DNA from: Iphione sp. A-MEVVRFRX5
Taxonomy: Eukaryota
Direction of reading: 5' to 3'
Length of the DNA: 64,000 nucleotides
NCBI GenBank assembly: GCA_976226885.1
Contig: OZ320313.1
Coordinates: 121,334,001 to 121,398,000, forward strand
Shown: positions 52,660 through 64,000 of the stretch, piece by piece
Layout: every line of letters begins with the position of its first letter
Position numbering within the stretch: the stretch's first letter is position 1
The notes under the pieces: generated by a model
Told to the model about the DNA's origin: nothing
The model's input: the letters and a program-made list of their open reading frames with translations, nothing else
Database searches by the model: none
Made by a program: the position numbers and the translations under genes

Positions 52660-54649
52660 AACCATCCAAACAAGAACCAAGAATGTGTTGATTGAATCTA
52701 CTGCTTTCTGTTCATGATCTATTGTTATTTCAGATAGACAGGAAATTAATGGTGTGTCGTTCTTCTAGGAATGCCCGCGGGTGTTAGCAACATAAAGGGA
52801 TTATATACAAGGCATTGTTCTGTTCCTGAAACAACAAGTCCTTATGTTTGGGTACGAAGGGATAATAGTGGGTCTATAACCTGAAATTTAAAAAAATTAA
52901 AGCAATAAGAACAGACAAAAGAACAGAGAAGCAAAGGAGATGAACGGAGAAGAACTATAAGAACGTCATAGAAAAAGAAACATTGGAGGGAAGAAATGGA
53001 GGAGGAGATGGAGGAAGGAAAGGGGAGAATTGTGAGAAAGCGAAGGATGACAAAACGGAGGTGAAAGAGGGAGGGGAGGATTTTCGAAAGTACAGGGTGA
53101 CAGCGGGGTTTGTCTGAAATAGATTTCTTCAATAATTACATTTTTGAGACCACCTCTTCCCTTGTGTGAAGGTGGAAGAGAAGGTAAAGGGTAGAAATGT
53201 AGGAGACAGTCTGACTGTCTCCTTGTTACCTGTCCAATGATCTCTGGGATCTTCCTGTCTCAGTTGTGGGAGTAAAGGTCCTCTTCTTGTGGGTCCCTAT
53301 CTTGCAATATGTACTGAACTTTGATACCATAATAGAATATTTATGCTGGATGTATCTTCAAGTTTATGGTGAATAAGAGGAGTTGCTACTGATGTTAAAT
53401 CTCTCTTCATATAACTGGTCTAACTAAAGTCTAAGTAATTCTGTAAGTATTCAATACATATAAAGCGATAGAGGAGTCAGTATGTTTTACATATTGAAAT
53501 CGTACATTTATTGCAGAGTAGCACATAAAGGGTGACTACCTTCCTTCTAACAGCATTCTTAAAAAGTATGGTAAAGGCTTGATTATCTGCTATGTAGTTC
53601 ACAACAGTTCAATCACTTTGAAGTCTGGCAGCAATGTATACTATTGATATTGGGACCACTATATCCAGTAGATCCATACATATAATTACAGTCAAATAAT
53701 AGCAGTGATATACAGTTCCACAAATAAAATGGCAAATGTAAAGTTGTGGTGGTCTGTCTGGTCTGGCTCCCTTGAGTTGGCTGATTTGATTGGGGAACTG
53801 GACTGCTTATATTTCCTCCTGGTATCCAGGGTCCCTGGGATATGTTTGTCTTCATAGCCAAAGTGGTTAAGGATCTCAGTTGTGCTTGGGAGCTGACAGA
53901 AGGTAGAAGGACTGGAGGCGAGTGTTGTGTACTACCTAAATTGTATTAAATATGTGTCTATAACTTAAGGCCTACCACTTAGTGAGAGATCAGCATAGTG
54001 AGACCTACAGGACTTGGTCGCCTCAGCACCAAACAACATGTGTATACATAACATGTGTAAACATGTGTATATATAAGGAAGAAACAAAGGGCTGGCCCAG
54101 TCACAACTCGGTAGCATAACCACTAGAACAGAGCATTGCAACTTCAAACCCAACTAAATTGTATTGCTGTACTTTTAAAAAAATCTTATCAGTAGTATAC
54201 CACAATTCTGGAAGAACAGGTTTAGTAAGGTTGTTTTTAGTGGAGATTCTAATCCCAACGTCTCGTCTTGTGGTTGACTTCTTTGATACAGGGATACAAT
54301 GTTTTTAAGGGGTCTAGCAGGTACGTGTTAGTCCAGCTTTGGTCAGTCAAGGGTCCCAGGTACCTGTGCAGGAAGTGCACATGTGTATATGTATGTGTTT
54401 GTACTGTCAGTGTAGTGTCTAGTCCTGGTGTACAGATTTGTGCATGTGTTACAATCGATGAAACTTGCGTACACAACTACTGAATGTAACCTTGGGGTAA
54501 CATTGACGTATTGCAAGTAAATTAGCTGATAATTATTTTTTAATGTATGTAAACAGTTTGATAATCATTTGCATGTAAACAGTGTGATAATCATTTAACT
54601 GTGTTCTAATTCTTTCTGATCGGACGGATGTCCCCCTCATGGACTAGAG

Positions 54650-55759
54650 ACCTCTTCATATCATTGCCAACATGTTGGTTGATTTCATCTAATATAGTCC
54701 AAATCAAATAATATTTTGTTCGCTCGTCTGTTGCTTCAGTTAAGAATATGTCTTGATTGAATGGGGTACATAGGGTTTGTCGTTGCTGGGGTCTGGCATT
54801 ATTCTTCTGGCTGGAGATGTGTTGTCAGGATTGTGCCAGATGGGGTCGTGTTTTCGTTCTCGTCTGGGATCACTAGAGTTTCTTCATCTTCATCATTGGT
54901 CGAGTGGCTTGAGTCTTCATCTGATGAGTCTTAAATCTCTTCTTCTACGGTGTCACCTAAAGATAGTCTCAGCTCTTCTTCGAAGTTGATGTTTTGGCAT
55001 GTTTTTTTCAGAGGTCGGCTTGTGGAGATGTTCAGTGATTTGCCAGGGGATGTCAGGCATTTCAGCGCACCTGGTTTTGGTGAACATGATGTGGTCTTTG
55101 TGTGGGCAATAGCTGATGGAAAGACATGCCTGTTGTTTTTGCGGATTGTTGGATCCACAACCCTTGGTAGTTTAGGGCTCATCTGGATGATTCTTCTCGT
55201 GCTTGCTTCATGTTGTTTTATTTTTTCATAATTGTTAGAATCCTTTCAGCTCTGATGATTGGTTTATTACTGATGTAGTTTCAGCTAACGTGGTAGCTGC
55301 TGCAGTCGTTCTGGGGCTGGGCGTTATCTCTGGTTTGTCGATTGGCAGTTTTCCTGTTTGTCCCTTCAAAGGCTGTTTCACCATTGGTCTTTCTCCTGGA
55401 AGGGACGTCAAGTTTGTCTGGAGTAATTGTACTATTTCGCCAACATAGTTTAGTTGGTTTGCAGTGTTGTTGTAATTTCTCTAGGATAGCTCTATGTTCA
55501 GATGTTAGTATTGATGTAGATTCATGGCATGTCGTTTTAGGGAGCTTTATCAATTGAAAGACTTGGGGCATCTGTAACATGGGTACTTACCCACCACATT
55601 GTCGTTCCTTTTCGTGTCAGCATGTTTTTCATTCAGATGGTGTGGTAATGCTCTATTGCTGGCAACCCATGTACCGCAGAAACCACATTCTAGGTTGTTG
55701 TTTGGTGTTTTATCAGCCATATTTATGTTCATATTATCAGTCGTAGCACCCGAGGGCAT
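54650..55759 (-). pseudogene. Decayed ORF with two C2H2 zinc fingers followed by a low-complexity/acidic region (probably TE-derived)
   Basis: CGFCGTWVASNRALPHHLNEKH and YPCYRCPKSFN**SSLKRHAMNLH; downstream EEEI*DSSDEDSSHSTNDEDEE; multiple stops. Confidence 0.6.
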
Positions 55760-56000
55760 CTGATTGCCAGTCAGTTCCTTGAGGTAGCGCTAAGTGCAGC
55801 TACGGCACTGTTTGGTGTGACGCAATGCGGTTATGTCTTAACGTAGTCATAACGTAGCGGTTAAGTTCATTTGTGGCTGTGATACTTAGGTTTAACCACT
55901 GAGGTCGAGGGCCGACAACCATTGTGCTGTGGTAGTTTTGTATTTAGAATGATATGCAATTATTGTGTCTAAAACAAAAAATTGAATACTAATTATTATT

Positions 56001-56484
56001 CTCATTGTTAGAACGGTGGTTAAGTGTGTTTTTTGATTGTTGTCATCAGGACTAAACCCCTCTGCCTCGGGCCTACCGGCTCTCGACATCGGGGTTTAGT
56101 TCTGATGACGACAATAAAAAAAATGCACTTAACTGCTATGTTCTAACACTCCCATCGTGATGTTCTTTATAGAGCGCAGTGGACCAAAGGAGGGCTTTGG
56201 TCTCGAGACCAACAAATGTTCCATGATAGCAGAATTGTAAATATAGTGGTTACTTGTATATTTCCATCTATTTTAATCTTAAAATGGTCACATTCTTTTA
56301 GGATATTCTTTAGATAATATCTAAATCAGGAATAACATTAACTTGCCCAGACTAATGCCAAGCTGTAGTTTCGTATTTACCTTGAAATTTGTTTTTACCG
56401 TATCCAAGTTTCTAAATTTGATACAGAATATTATGCTCATTGTTAGAACTGTGGTTAAGTGCGTTTTTTGATTGTTGTCATTAG
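56001..56484. repeat. Three copies of a ~50-60 bp unit: two direct (56001-56060, 56436-56484) and one inverted (56091-56148)
   Basis: Unit TGTTAGAAC.GTGGTTAAGTG.GTTTTTTGATTGTTGTCAT.AG; the inverted copy forms an imperfect hairpin with copy 1 across a 30-nt spacer. Confidence 0.85.
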
Positions 56485-56504
56485 TAACGCACATAATTGC
56501 TTCA

Positions 56505-57300
56505 ATAATCTGAGCTTGTCAGTACATCACGTAAGTTGCCACTTCTACTGTAGGCTATCAACATGTTTGTCTGAGAAATAGTTCCTTGCTGTTTGCAGGA
56601 GGATACATGTCCTATTATTAAAGGGGTTGTATTGTTTTATGAACTGGAGGATTTTCTTTACTGGATGGGATTTCTCTTTTAGCAGTTCTTCTCAATTTAA
56701 TAACCTGGATTTTGCTATTTGTGCTTTAACATGACGATGTGGGTGGCCCCGAAGGGTAAGATGTTTGAGCAGCTGTTGTGATGCTTTGTCATATTCAAGT
56801 AATTCACTGCATATCATGCATAATCTCAGGGCTTGTGAGTAGGCTATGCTGTCCATTTGATGTTTTGATGGTATGAGGAGTACTGTAGATATTGGTGTGA
56901 GTCAGTTGGTTTATAAAATGTTCATGATATCTAACCACAAGTGGTGTTGGGGGATTCCAGGTGAGCGGAGTAAATGTTTTTTGTTCACTAGACTGTGTAT
57001 TTATAACTGATTCTAGATGTAGGATTGGTTGTATTGTGGTGATGTATATCTGGGCCTACCCTGGGATTATATTATGCTAGGGTGAACATTTTGCCGAATC
57101 TTCCAAAATGTTTTTTTTATGTTGGGTTTTAGAGTAAAGATGAGTTTCTGTTTGTGTATGGCTGGCCAAAGGGAAATCCAGTTGGTTTAAGTGCTAAATA
57201 GATATTAATATGTTCCTTCCTATTTCAGTTTTTACTGCATTGATTTGTTGCCATATATTCTTAATTATATTTAGTATATAGGTAGGCAAGGTTTTGTTTT
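56505..57300 (-). mobile_element. Penelope-like retroelement RT C-terminal remnant
   Basis: Conceptual translation across frameshifts gives KPTDSHQYLQYSSYH, SIAYSQALRLCMICS, LRGHP and IAYSRSGNLRDVL, all PLE RT thumb/linker motifs; no GIY-YIG domain seen; the upper boundary beyond about 56950 is approximate. Confidence 0.8.
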
Positions 57301-60300
57301 GGTACATACAAAACGTCATGTGACAGGAAGTCACTACAAGGTAAGGGAGTCCGTGAGACTGGCAAGCTGTGGCCAATCACAGAGGGTTTTACTTGGGCAA
57401 GGCTCCTGGGCTGGAGGCTAGGGGTCTGTCTAGAGTCAGTCAGGTATAGAGGGTGCCTTTCATTAATCCTACTATACTCTGGGAATGTGCCTACTGGGCC
57501 TTCCAGCTGGCTCCACTCAGGTAAGCTTCTTAGCTGGTTGCAAAGGGTTCCACAATAGAAGCAGCTTAAGAAAGGACCCTGCAGCCAGCTCTGTTGAGGC
57601 AAGCTCTTCAACTGGCTGCTCTCTATACTGAAGTCTTAAGGTTTTGTTCATTTTACATCTTTTGCCATTGATATGTATATTAAATACATATAACATACAT
57701 ATTCTTATTGATACTTAGTCTGTGTTGCCACTATAATAGTTTATGCATGTTTGAAAACATTATCTATATATGACAGATGAAAGGTTAATTATTCAGATAT
57801 TTCTGGAAGTCCCTAATATAACACATTCATTACGGTGCAGGGTCTCTTCTTACCAATCAGTCCTCTAAAACAAAAGGAGTAACTCGAGAGTACCTCTCGT
57901 GTTTACGTCAGAGAAATAGAAATGACGATTTGGTGGCTTCACATGCCCAGTCCATGTGATTATTTTCATTCTGGTTAGTTATGAGCCATCTACATTTATA
58001 GTAACTGTATCTAGCGGCCTGACACACGTTTAGCTAATTCCAACTTCACTGCGTGTATTAAGACAATACTACTCTTTGGAAATCTAAAATCCATAATCTT
58101 CCCGAGCGGTAGCCAAGATTCTGGTTACCAACAGCCTGGTAAATGTTTTAGGTAATGTTTAACTTTCTCGTAGACATTAATCAAGGAGAGTGCATCACAG
58201 AGACAGGCTTCCTGCCAGGTGCGCGGTCATGCTTAATTTGGTTTGTGAGATTAGATATTGGCGATGCGACAAGACATGGCACCACTACAAGAGCTACATG
58301 ACTGCGGCTGCTGCAAGAGATAGTAAGATAGTAGCCCCTGGGCTTGTTGAGTGGGTAGAAGTCGCTCACTTTATTTGTGCAACGAAAGAGGATACTGTTT
58401 CTCCCACATTAGTTATCCCACCGATATAGGTACCTCCTTGATATGAATCTGATATGAATCTGGAATTATTAATGCTGCTTTAGCAACAAACGAAATGTCT
58501 ATAGAATTCGAGTAATGATGGCTAATAAATGCAGGAATTTAAATACTCATGCAGTATTATGAACCAGGTCATTCTGCCGCTGCAATTAACAACATAAGGC
58601 ATATATAAAGCATTTGCAGAGATAACAGAATGATGGAGATTTGGGTAAAAGTACACTGCCCAAAGTCCGTAAATTTTAATGAACCCATCACAGCAAACGT
58701 GTTGCTCGATATCATGAAATTTCTTGCCTGGAGTTTCTTCTACCAGGTCGCGTCCATGCTATGTTTTTTATTCCTTGCCTACAGCAGCTTGATGGCGGCG
58801 CTGAGACTGGCGCTGTCAGCCTCCGCTCTGCGGGCAGTGGATGCTCATGAGGCTCCCCGGGTCAGACGTGCCTCGGTGGAGCCTTCCCCGCTTCTACCCA
58901 TACGGGCCTCCTCCTATGTCCATATGTAAGGGAGATGTAACAGGAAGGGAGAGGGGATCATATGAAAACTGAAATATTATATATGTATATCCTTGCGTCA
59001 TTTTAAGGCAGGTACGGCCGACCAGATTTGGTCCTAACCTGTTCACTTTGAAAGTGTGTCCCTGTCGTGGTGAGCGATTCTGGCCTGCGGGTCGATGGAT
59101 TGTACACAATCTGATGTTCGTGGCCATGGCCTTTGTTTACCGCCTGGACCACACCTGATGATAGTATTACCGGCATTCAAACTGAGGCGGTGTCTAGATT
59201 CATACAGGCCAGTCCGCTATCTAATGTTGGACAAATGCAACGATTTGGTTATGGAACCATGTCTCGGGGTATTTGTCTAATGGTTGAGCAATAGTTATAA
59301 CACCTACACAGAACAGATTCCTTTAGGAAATTATACCAATGCTGGGGTTCGGTCAGAAAAGCAATGCCCCCAAGGCATTAGTCGCGATGGTGAGCCTTGG
59401 GGCATCGGTCTTGCGGTCGAGCTATATCTAGTCTGCTTTTTGTTAGAGAATTTCACATATTACTTCAAGTATGCCTTGTTCGCTCGAGATAAATTGCAAT
59501 CTAAAAAATATAATATGAACTTATAGAACTACAGTTAACTGTATTTTCTGCGTTTGACATGTAGAATTAACCACTTTGGCTTGCAACTAAATGGGACTCA
59601 CAATATGTTGTTAATCCAACTGGCCAAATCGGGAAAACCCTGGGTATGGGTAAGGAAGTAGCTAGGGAAGAGGCGGTAGATATCGGAGAGTGCCTGTAAG
59701 CAGCGAGAGCAAAGGGGAGAGCGAGGCCACACGCCTAGGGGGGGCTCCCCAAGACAGCCAACCTGTTGGCGCTAGTTTTGATGGTTGGCAGTGATAGCTT
59801 GGCATATATGCCTTGACAGGTAGCATCCCAACTATCGCTGGCAGGCGTCAGCCGCCAAGCCCCTGGCTAGTTCTTCCCAACCTATGCATCACTTTCTAGG
59901 GCGACATCAGGGGTATCATATTGGCCGAGCATTGATCCCACTGCGTCATCTACACCTCTCAGTCGGCATGCATCGTTAGCGAAAAGGCTCCCCAAATGCG
60001 GTTATAGAGCTGTGTCAGCACAGGTACATAAACAGATTGAAACTGTTTACAGGGAAATCGACAACCTTAACGACTGCGTTGATTTGGAGGTTTCGTGGTT
60101 CATATAATGCGCAGGTAGAGATAAACACCTGTTGTTTCAATCAAAACTGTCAACAGTGAACGGTTAATTTAGAAATTATATTCCTTCCTATGTATGTCCA
60201 CAGAGAATATGAAGTTAGAATTGTGTGTTCGTGTTTGTAATTGTCTACATTTTTTTGTGGATATGTCTGTGTTTTGTGCGTGATTAAAGACCAGTCCCTA

Positions 60301-62100
60301 TAATTATAGGGTCTTCATTCCCATCTCCACCACATCTGGAGACAGAAGCTGGGTTGCCTGGAGGAGCCCTTTTTATACATATAAAAAGCAAAGAATCTTA
60401 TTAAAAATATTTTGATTATACCTGCTTTTTTCCTATGGAAAAAGACTCAAGTAAAGATGAGATCTCGACGAATATTTCACGTGCATACATGCACAACTAT
60501 TTCAGTTTTTTTCCCCTACGGCGATGCCATCGATTCGTGGCAATACTCAGATTCTGATCATGTGGCTCCTGAGAAACTATCAATAAAAGCCTCAGCTGTT
60601 GAACCTTCAGTGCATAGTGATAGAATGTACTACTGTGAGGCGGTAATTGCAACCAGAGCACGGACAATACTGACCTGTTGCCTCTACAACCTCGAAGACA
60701 CAATGCCATTGGGGGCTCTCTATGAACTATGGCTGACCTTACTGTAGGTAGCGACTTTTGTTTGCATTGTTCCGCACCAAATGGTACCGATTAATGACAC
60801 TCGGATAGGGAACTATTTTCTCTCTCGAGCGCACATTGCAATACGGGTAGCGGCACTACAAATCGATCGAAGCTCCTGAGTATTATTAATGACGTATCGA
60901 TCTAAGTGGCGAGTTACCATCCGGCGGTCTTGGTGAATACACGTGTGATCACAGATTGCAGGAATAATGACAACGGGAGGTGGCTTGGTGTACATTACCT
61001 CAGACTGTTTGATCAATCTCAATTTAAATCTATTTTTTCAGGTCCGTGCTTTTCAGATCCAAGTCTAAAACCGTTGGAATCAGAAAGAAGGAAACTTATT
61101 GTCTTATGCTGTGGATATTTCTCCTTATAATTATTTTCTCCATTTACCAGACCTGCTTGGTACAAAATCCTGTTGAGTCAAGGGCATTAACAGGACGACT
61201 CGGTAATTTCCGGTGCTCCATTTTCTGAGCCTCTGCGATTTGCGACCCGAGGATGGAATCAATAAGGAAATCTGAACTACATACAAGGGATATCTAATCC
61301 CTCATTCTTTTGTTTACAATTCGCCCGAAGTTCCAATCAATAGGAAGGCATGGATAAATCCGGCGCATGTTGTGCATTTGGATATCGCTTCAACGTGCGG
61401 TCGACGTATAAATTGAAAGGTGGTCTGGTTTTCTATTGTTATCATTCATTTCAGCTCAAAAGTGGAACTGAACCTATAGCTTCATGTATTAGCAGAATGT
61501 TGCAGTAATCCTGGATGTCAATCATGCCCCTACAATCATTTCCTGAGAGTGTTGTTCTACCATCGCCGGCCGTGCGGATCTTTTACTAATACCAAAGGAG
61601 TGCATTGGTCAATACCAAAGCGACCATGGACTCTTCTTTTTAATCTAATTTTATTTTTTTTTGTTGTCTGACGTTGTCCATTGTTAAAAAATTCGAAGTA
61701 GAAGGAAACAAAATGGAGGAGGTCTGCTTGACTCGGGGGTTTATCAATGAATTACAACGAAAATAGTTTGTTTGTATTATGAGTAGAATGTCGAACTGTT
61801 AACATAAACACACCTTCTAGTTGTCTTTTGAAGCCATTGTAAAGGATATTCTTATTTAAATCAAAGGTTTTTGTACAGAGCATCTTGTTAAAGCAAAAGG
61901 AATCAATACACCTTTAGACTGGTATCCTATCCTCAAGTCCGTCTATAAACTCTATCAGGTTTAGGCATGGGTACCAGTGATTGAAGGAGAGTTGTTTACT
62001 TTCTGTTTGAAATATTCATTAAAAAATATCCATTGAAAACACTTCATCAAGGTAACAAATGGTCAAATTATGATTGTAAACCATTTGAGAGCACACCGGA

Positions 62101-62203
62101 AGTATGTTTACTCGCCCATGGTCAGTCTACTCACACTCTGTGTCTCGACCTGCGGTCTCAGCATCGAGCGTTGGTAGACTAACCACACTCTCGCAAACAT
62201 ACT
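62101..62203. repeat. Short imperfect inverted repeat (MITE-like hairpin)
   Basis: Outer arms AGTATGTTT/AAACATACT, inner arms TGGTCAGTCTAC/GTAGACTAACCA. Confidence 0.55.
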
Positions 62204-62958
62204 TAAATGGGGGGGGGGGCATGAATATATAACTTCCGTTTAAAAGGAAATCCTCTCTTACTTTATGGTTCAGGGCTTCGAAATATTACTTATTTCCTTC
62301 AAATCTTTTTGTAGAAAAGTCAAAATGCGTAAGATGTTCCTACTATGAGACTTTGCTGAAACCTGACCTGCTTTATTGTTTATTATCGTTTTTAAACTCT
62401 TATGCCCTCCTGGGCAGACAGCTGATCACCGTCGAGGGAAAGATCACGGCAACATCCAAGATGGCAAACATAACATAATTATCTATTATATCATTCTAGA
62501 ACCACATCACACTATGGATTCTCTTGCTGTCGAGCTCGGCTTACTCACTCACAAATCCCATCCCTCGGTTTTGATGATCCATCACCCTGTGCCATGATTT
62601 TTCTGAGGACTGAATTTGTCGTCTTAAACACATGTAAAGAAAAGAGTATGAACAGATACCTTGCATGTGCCCATGAGATATATTATTCATTTTCATCTAG
62701 TTCCATTCCTATCTTGTCGTGAATGATTAAACTCAAGTATTATTGAACATTAGCTTTACAGTGAGTCATTCACAGTCACACTGCCAAACGTATTGCCAGT
62801 AGTAACATGGTACCGTATTGATACCAAATGGGAATTTCAAATATTTTTCACATTCAATATGCTCATATCAACTGTGGTAGCTGCATAAACCTATACACTT
62901 AGCTGTCTAAACCATTCATCTGTTCCTGCAAACGCTATTAAAAGTTTAATATGCTTAA

Positions 62959-64000
62959 TCCTTTAACAGCGCCTCGTGCACTGATGCATTCCGGTGGTCT
63001 GGGTGGGTAAGTGTGTCAACACATTCCCTTGCATGTATTTCATTCAAGCATTATGTTATTTCTAATATTATGTGAAGTGCTCAAAAGTAAAGAATAGACA
63101 TTAATTAATACTGGGACAAGTGTGTTTCTAAGGGTAACCATGTAAAACATTCCAAATGACGTAATCTACATGATATATCATGTCACACAAGTATCTTGAC
63201 ATATTTGTATATGTTAAAATGGAAGAGGCAGCAGATAATGATCTTTGGGGAAATGACAACAAATATACCTCTAGACCAGATCTTGAGGAGGAGAACCTAC
63301 CAATTTCTGTACTGACATTGCTGGAAAATGGCATTGGCGATGGAGAAAGCTTTTCTGATGAGTTCGATTGCGAGGGCAATCTACAACTCAAGAAGTCAAC
63401 ATGTCATCATGACAACAGCAGTAGTGGAGATGACAGTGAAAACAAACATTCAGATGACGACAACGAGAATGGATGGGAAAAGATAAAGGAAGGCATCAAG
63501 TCAGAAGAAATACCATACAATGGTGATGATTCAGGGCTACAGGAACCTACACACCTTGGAAGGGAGAGCAAACCAGTTGAGTTCCTTAGGTTGTTTCTAC
63601 CCCTATCCCTTCTCAATATGATTGTGGACATGACCAAGAGAAAATGAACCAGAGAAGCATAAAATCAGATGGTGGAATATTACAGTGGAGGAGATCCAAT
63701 CCTTTTTTGGTTTGGTCTTCCTCATGGGTTTGTTGGAAAAGCAAATGGTTAAGGACTACTGGATGACAGTTGAGTTAATGTTAATGCCATTCTACCCAAA
63801 AGTGATGCATAGAGACAGATCTTGTCAGATCATGAGGTAAATGGAGTGTTTCTACCTTCATTACTGTTCCCACATTGAAAACTATTAAAAAATGACAAAA
63901 GAATGTTATAATATCTGTTTTGGTGGTTCCTGAAATTATATGTGTACTTATATGTGCCAAGGACCGCCATGCTCAGACGGACAAGGATTATTCTCCAACA
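62959..64000 (+). mobile_element. piggyBac-like transposon, 5' part with frameshifted transposase
   Basis: TTAA at 62955-62958 followed by TCCTTTAAC; acidic N-terminus, PVEFLRLFLPLSLLNMIVDMT, then after a +1 frameshift WWNITVEEIQSFFGLVFLMG...DYW...PFYPKVMHRDR (DDE_Tnp_1_7/PGBD motifs); runs off the window end. Confidence 0.85.

Noticed and set aside
63837-63960. Intron within the piggyBac transposase
   Set aside because: A GT donor exists, but the following bases can also encode FYLHY-like transposase residues, so the intron is not established
31344-64000. KCNQ first coding exon (YNFLERP...YH)
   Set aside because: Not found; probably upstream of the window
1-64000. CRISPR arrays, rRNA, intact tRNA genes, prokaryotic operons
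   Set aside because: None seen; the sequence is eukaryotic and intronic, and most short ORFs in the track are chance ORFs

Overview
Eukaryotic, intron-rich genomic DNA of roughly 40% GC. It looks like a marine invertebrate, but the species cannot be determined from the sequence. The main feature is a minus-strand KCNQ (Kv7) voltage-gated potassium channel gene. I could reconstruct its exons from S1 through the pore, S6, helix A and the A-B linker (31343 down to 8342), all with canonical AG/GT sites and consistent phases. The first coding exon and the helix B/C/D exons were not found and probably lie outside the window. The strongest novel-looking signal is a tandemly duplicated 127-bp exon (28969-29095 and 28405-28531) encoding S2 and the S2-S3 linker. 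Both copies are intact and 24/42 aa identical, and the reading frame survives only if exactly one is used, so they look like a mutually exclusive exon pair. The 15-kb intron after helix A holds several candidate cassette, micro- and alternative terminal exons that could give C-terminally truncated or rewired channels; these are inferences. The remainder is intronic and carries decayed mobile DNA: a CR1/L2-type LINE, a TA-flanked pogo/mariner-type MITE, a Penelope-like RT remnant with direct and inverted repeats, a decayed C2H2 zinc-finger ORF, a piggyBac-like transposase remnant, and microsatellites.
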